In this document: piece by piece, positions 62,949-64,000 of the stretch
Layout of the letters: every line of letters begins with the position of its first letter
How positions within the stretch are numbered: position 1 is the first letter of the stretch
Notes under the pieces: generated by a model
What the model was told of the DNA's origin: nothing
Databases searched by the model: none
Seen by the model: only the letters and a program-made list of their open reading frames with translations
Origin: Lytechinus pictus
Lineage: Eukaryota
Reading direction: 5' to 3'
Assembly: GCF_037042905.1 (NCBI RefSeq)
Contig: NC_087263.1
Span: forward strand, 11,968,001-12,032,000
DNA length: 64,000 nt
Made by a program: the position numbers and the translations under genes

Positions 62949-63541
62949 AGGACAAGTCCACCCCAACACAAATTTGATTTGAATAAAAAGAGAAAAATCC
63001 AAAAAGCATAACTCTGAAATTTTCATCAAAATCGGATGTAAAATAAAAAAAGTTATGACATTTTAAAGTATCGCTTAATTTCACAAAACAGTTCTATTCA
63101 CATCCTGGTCAGTATGCAAATGAGGAGACTGATGACGTCATCCACTCACTATTTCTTTTGTATTTTATTATTTGAAATATGAAATATTCTAATTTTCTCC
63201 TCAATGTCAAGTGAAACAATGATTAATTCCTCACTGAACATGTGTAGAAAGCATTGTTTTATACTATATCGTTCAGTCAAGTTGGTCCTTATTGTCAAAT
63301 CTGTAAAAAGTGAAAAATTGTATAATTCAAACAATAAAAAACAAAATAAATTGTGAGTGATGGACATCATCAACTGACTCACCTAGTTGTGCATATGACT
63401 GTTTTGTGAAAAATAAGCGAAGCTTTAAAATTCCATAACTTTCTTATTTTACATCCGATTTTGATGAAATTTTCAGCGTTATGCTAGTTTGATTTTTCTC
63501 TGTTTATTCAAATCAACATTTTTCTGGGACGGACTTGACCT
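62949..63541 (+). mobile_element. Kolobok-type MITE family A (second internal subtype)
   Basis: TTAA|AGGACAAGTCCACC...GGACTTGACCT|TTAA. Confidence 0.88.
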
Positions 63542-64000
63542 TTAATGGTTAACTGAAAATAATTTATTTATAGAAGTGGGTATAAAGTATGTATCTGATA
63601 TCATGCACAAATATATTTTTTTCTGATAAAATTGTATTTTATGTAATATTTAGGCCTATATCACATATATTGTGGAGCTACTCTTATATGACACAGCAAC
63701 TTAAAAACTTTAAAATCCATACTTATTGATACTGATACATGACGAACTTTTATTTGATGGATATCTACCACCTTCACCAATATTCTTTAATTTTTCCTCT
63801 GTTATTAAATCCACGCTTATGTCAGGTTGAACTTTCCCTTTAAAGTAAACCTGAGAACATTGGACTTTATCTTTGAAACTACACAGTAAAAACGTTGTTT
63901 ACCCTTTGAACCTTACACTAGTTGTCAAACAGTTTAACCAACCATGCTTAATTTATTGAGAATTAAAAATCAAACTTTGTTGTTTACAATTAAAACACTT

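Larger units (their letters stand above)
14929..64000 (+). other. Presumed long first intron of the spondin-like gene (at least 49 kb)
   Basis: Canonical donor at 14929; I could not find a phase-1 exon continuing the reeler domain within the window, although a short exon could have been missed by eye. Confidence 0.6.

Overview
AT-rich eukaryotic genomic DNA from an invertebrate deuterostome, most consistent with a sea urchin (inferred from the repeat repertoire, not verified by search). Two host genes are arranged head-to-head. An SLC16/monocarboxylate-transporter-like MFS gene lies on the minus strand, with coding exons at 6410-6215 and 481-341 that splice in phase and continue off the left edge. 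An F-spondin (spondin-1)-like gene lies on the plus strand; its first coding exon (14739-14928, signal peptide plus start of a reeler domain) is followed by an intron that appears to fill the remaining ~49 kb. Between the genes are a 5'-truncated but uninterrupted CR1/L2-group LINE RT ORF, a Deu-domain tRNA-SINE and a microsatellite/MITE cluster. The rest is dense in non-autonomous transposons: three TTAA-flanked Kolobok-type families, 8-bp-TSD hAT-type MITEs, 9-bp-TSD TAG..CTA (AcademH-type) MITEs, 2-bp-TSD CAC..GTG elements, Harbinger- and Tc1-type MITEs, two near-identical Helentron/HINE-type elements with internal tandem arrays, Meta-type SINEs and minisatellites. Almost all short ORFs in the supplied track are artefacts of these repeats. 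I found no new protein-coding system. The most interesting signals are: (i) over-represented palindromic 8-mers (TAGGCCTA, TACATGTA) that appear as 6-bp insertions at TA sites and look like excision footprints; (ii) HINE arrays packed with nuclear-receptor response-element motifs in the spondin intron; (iii) a triply nested element with a matching empty site inside the window.
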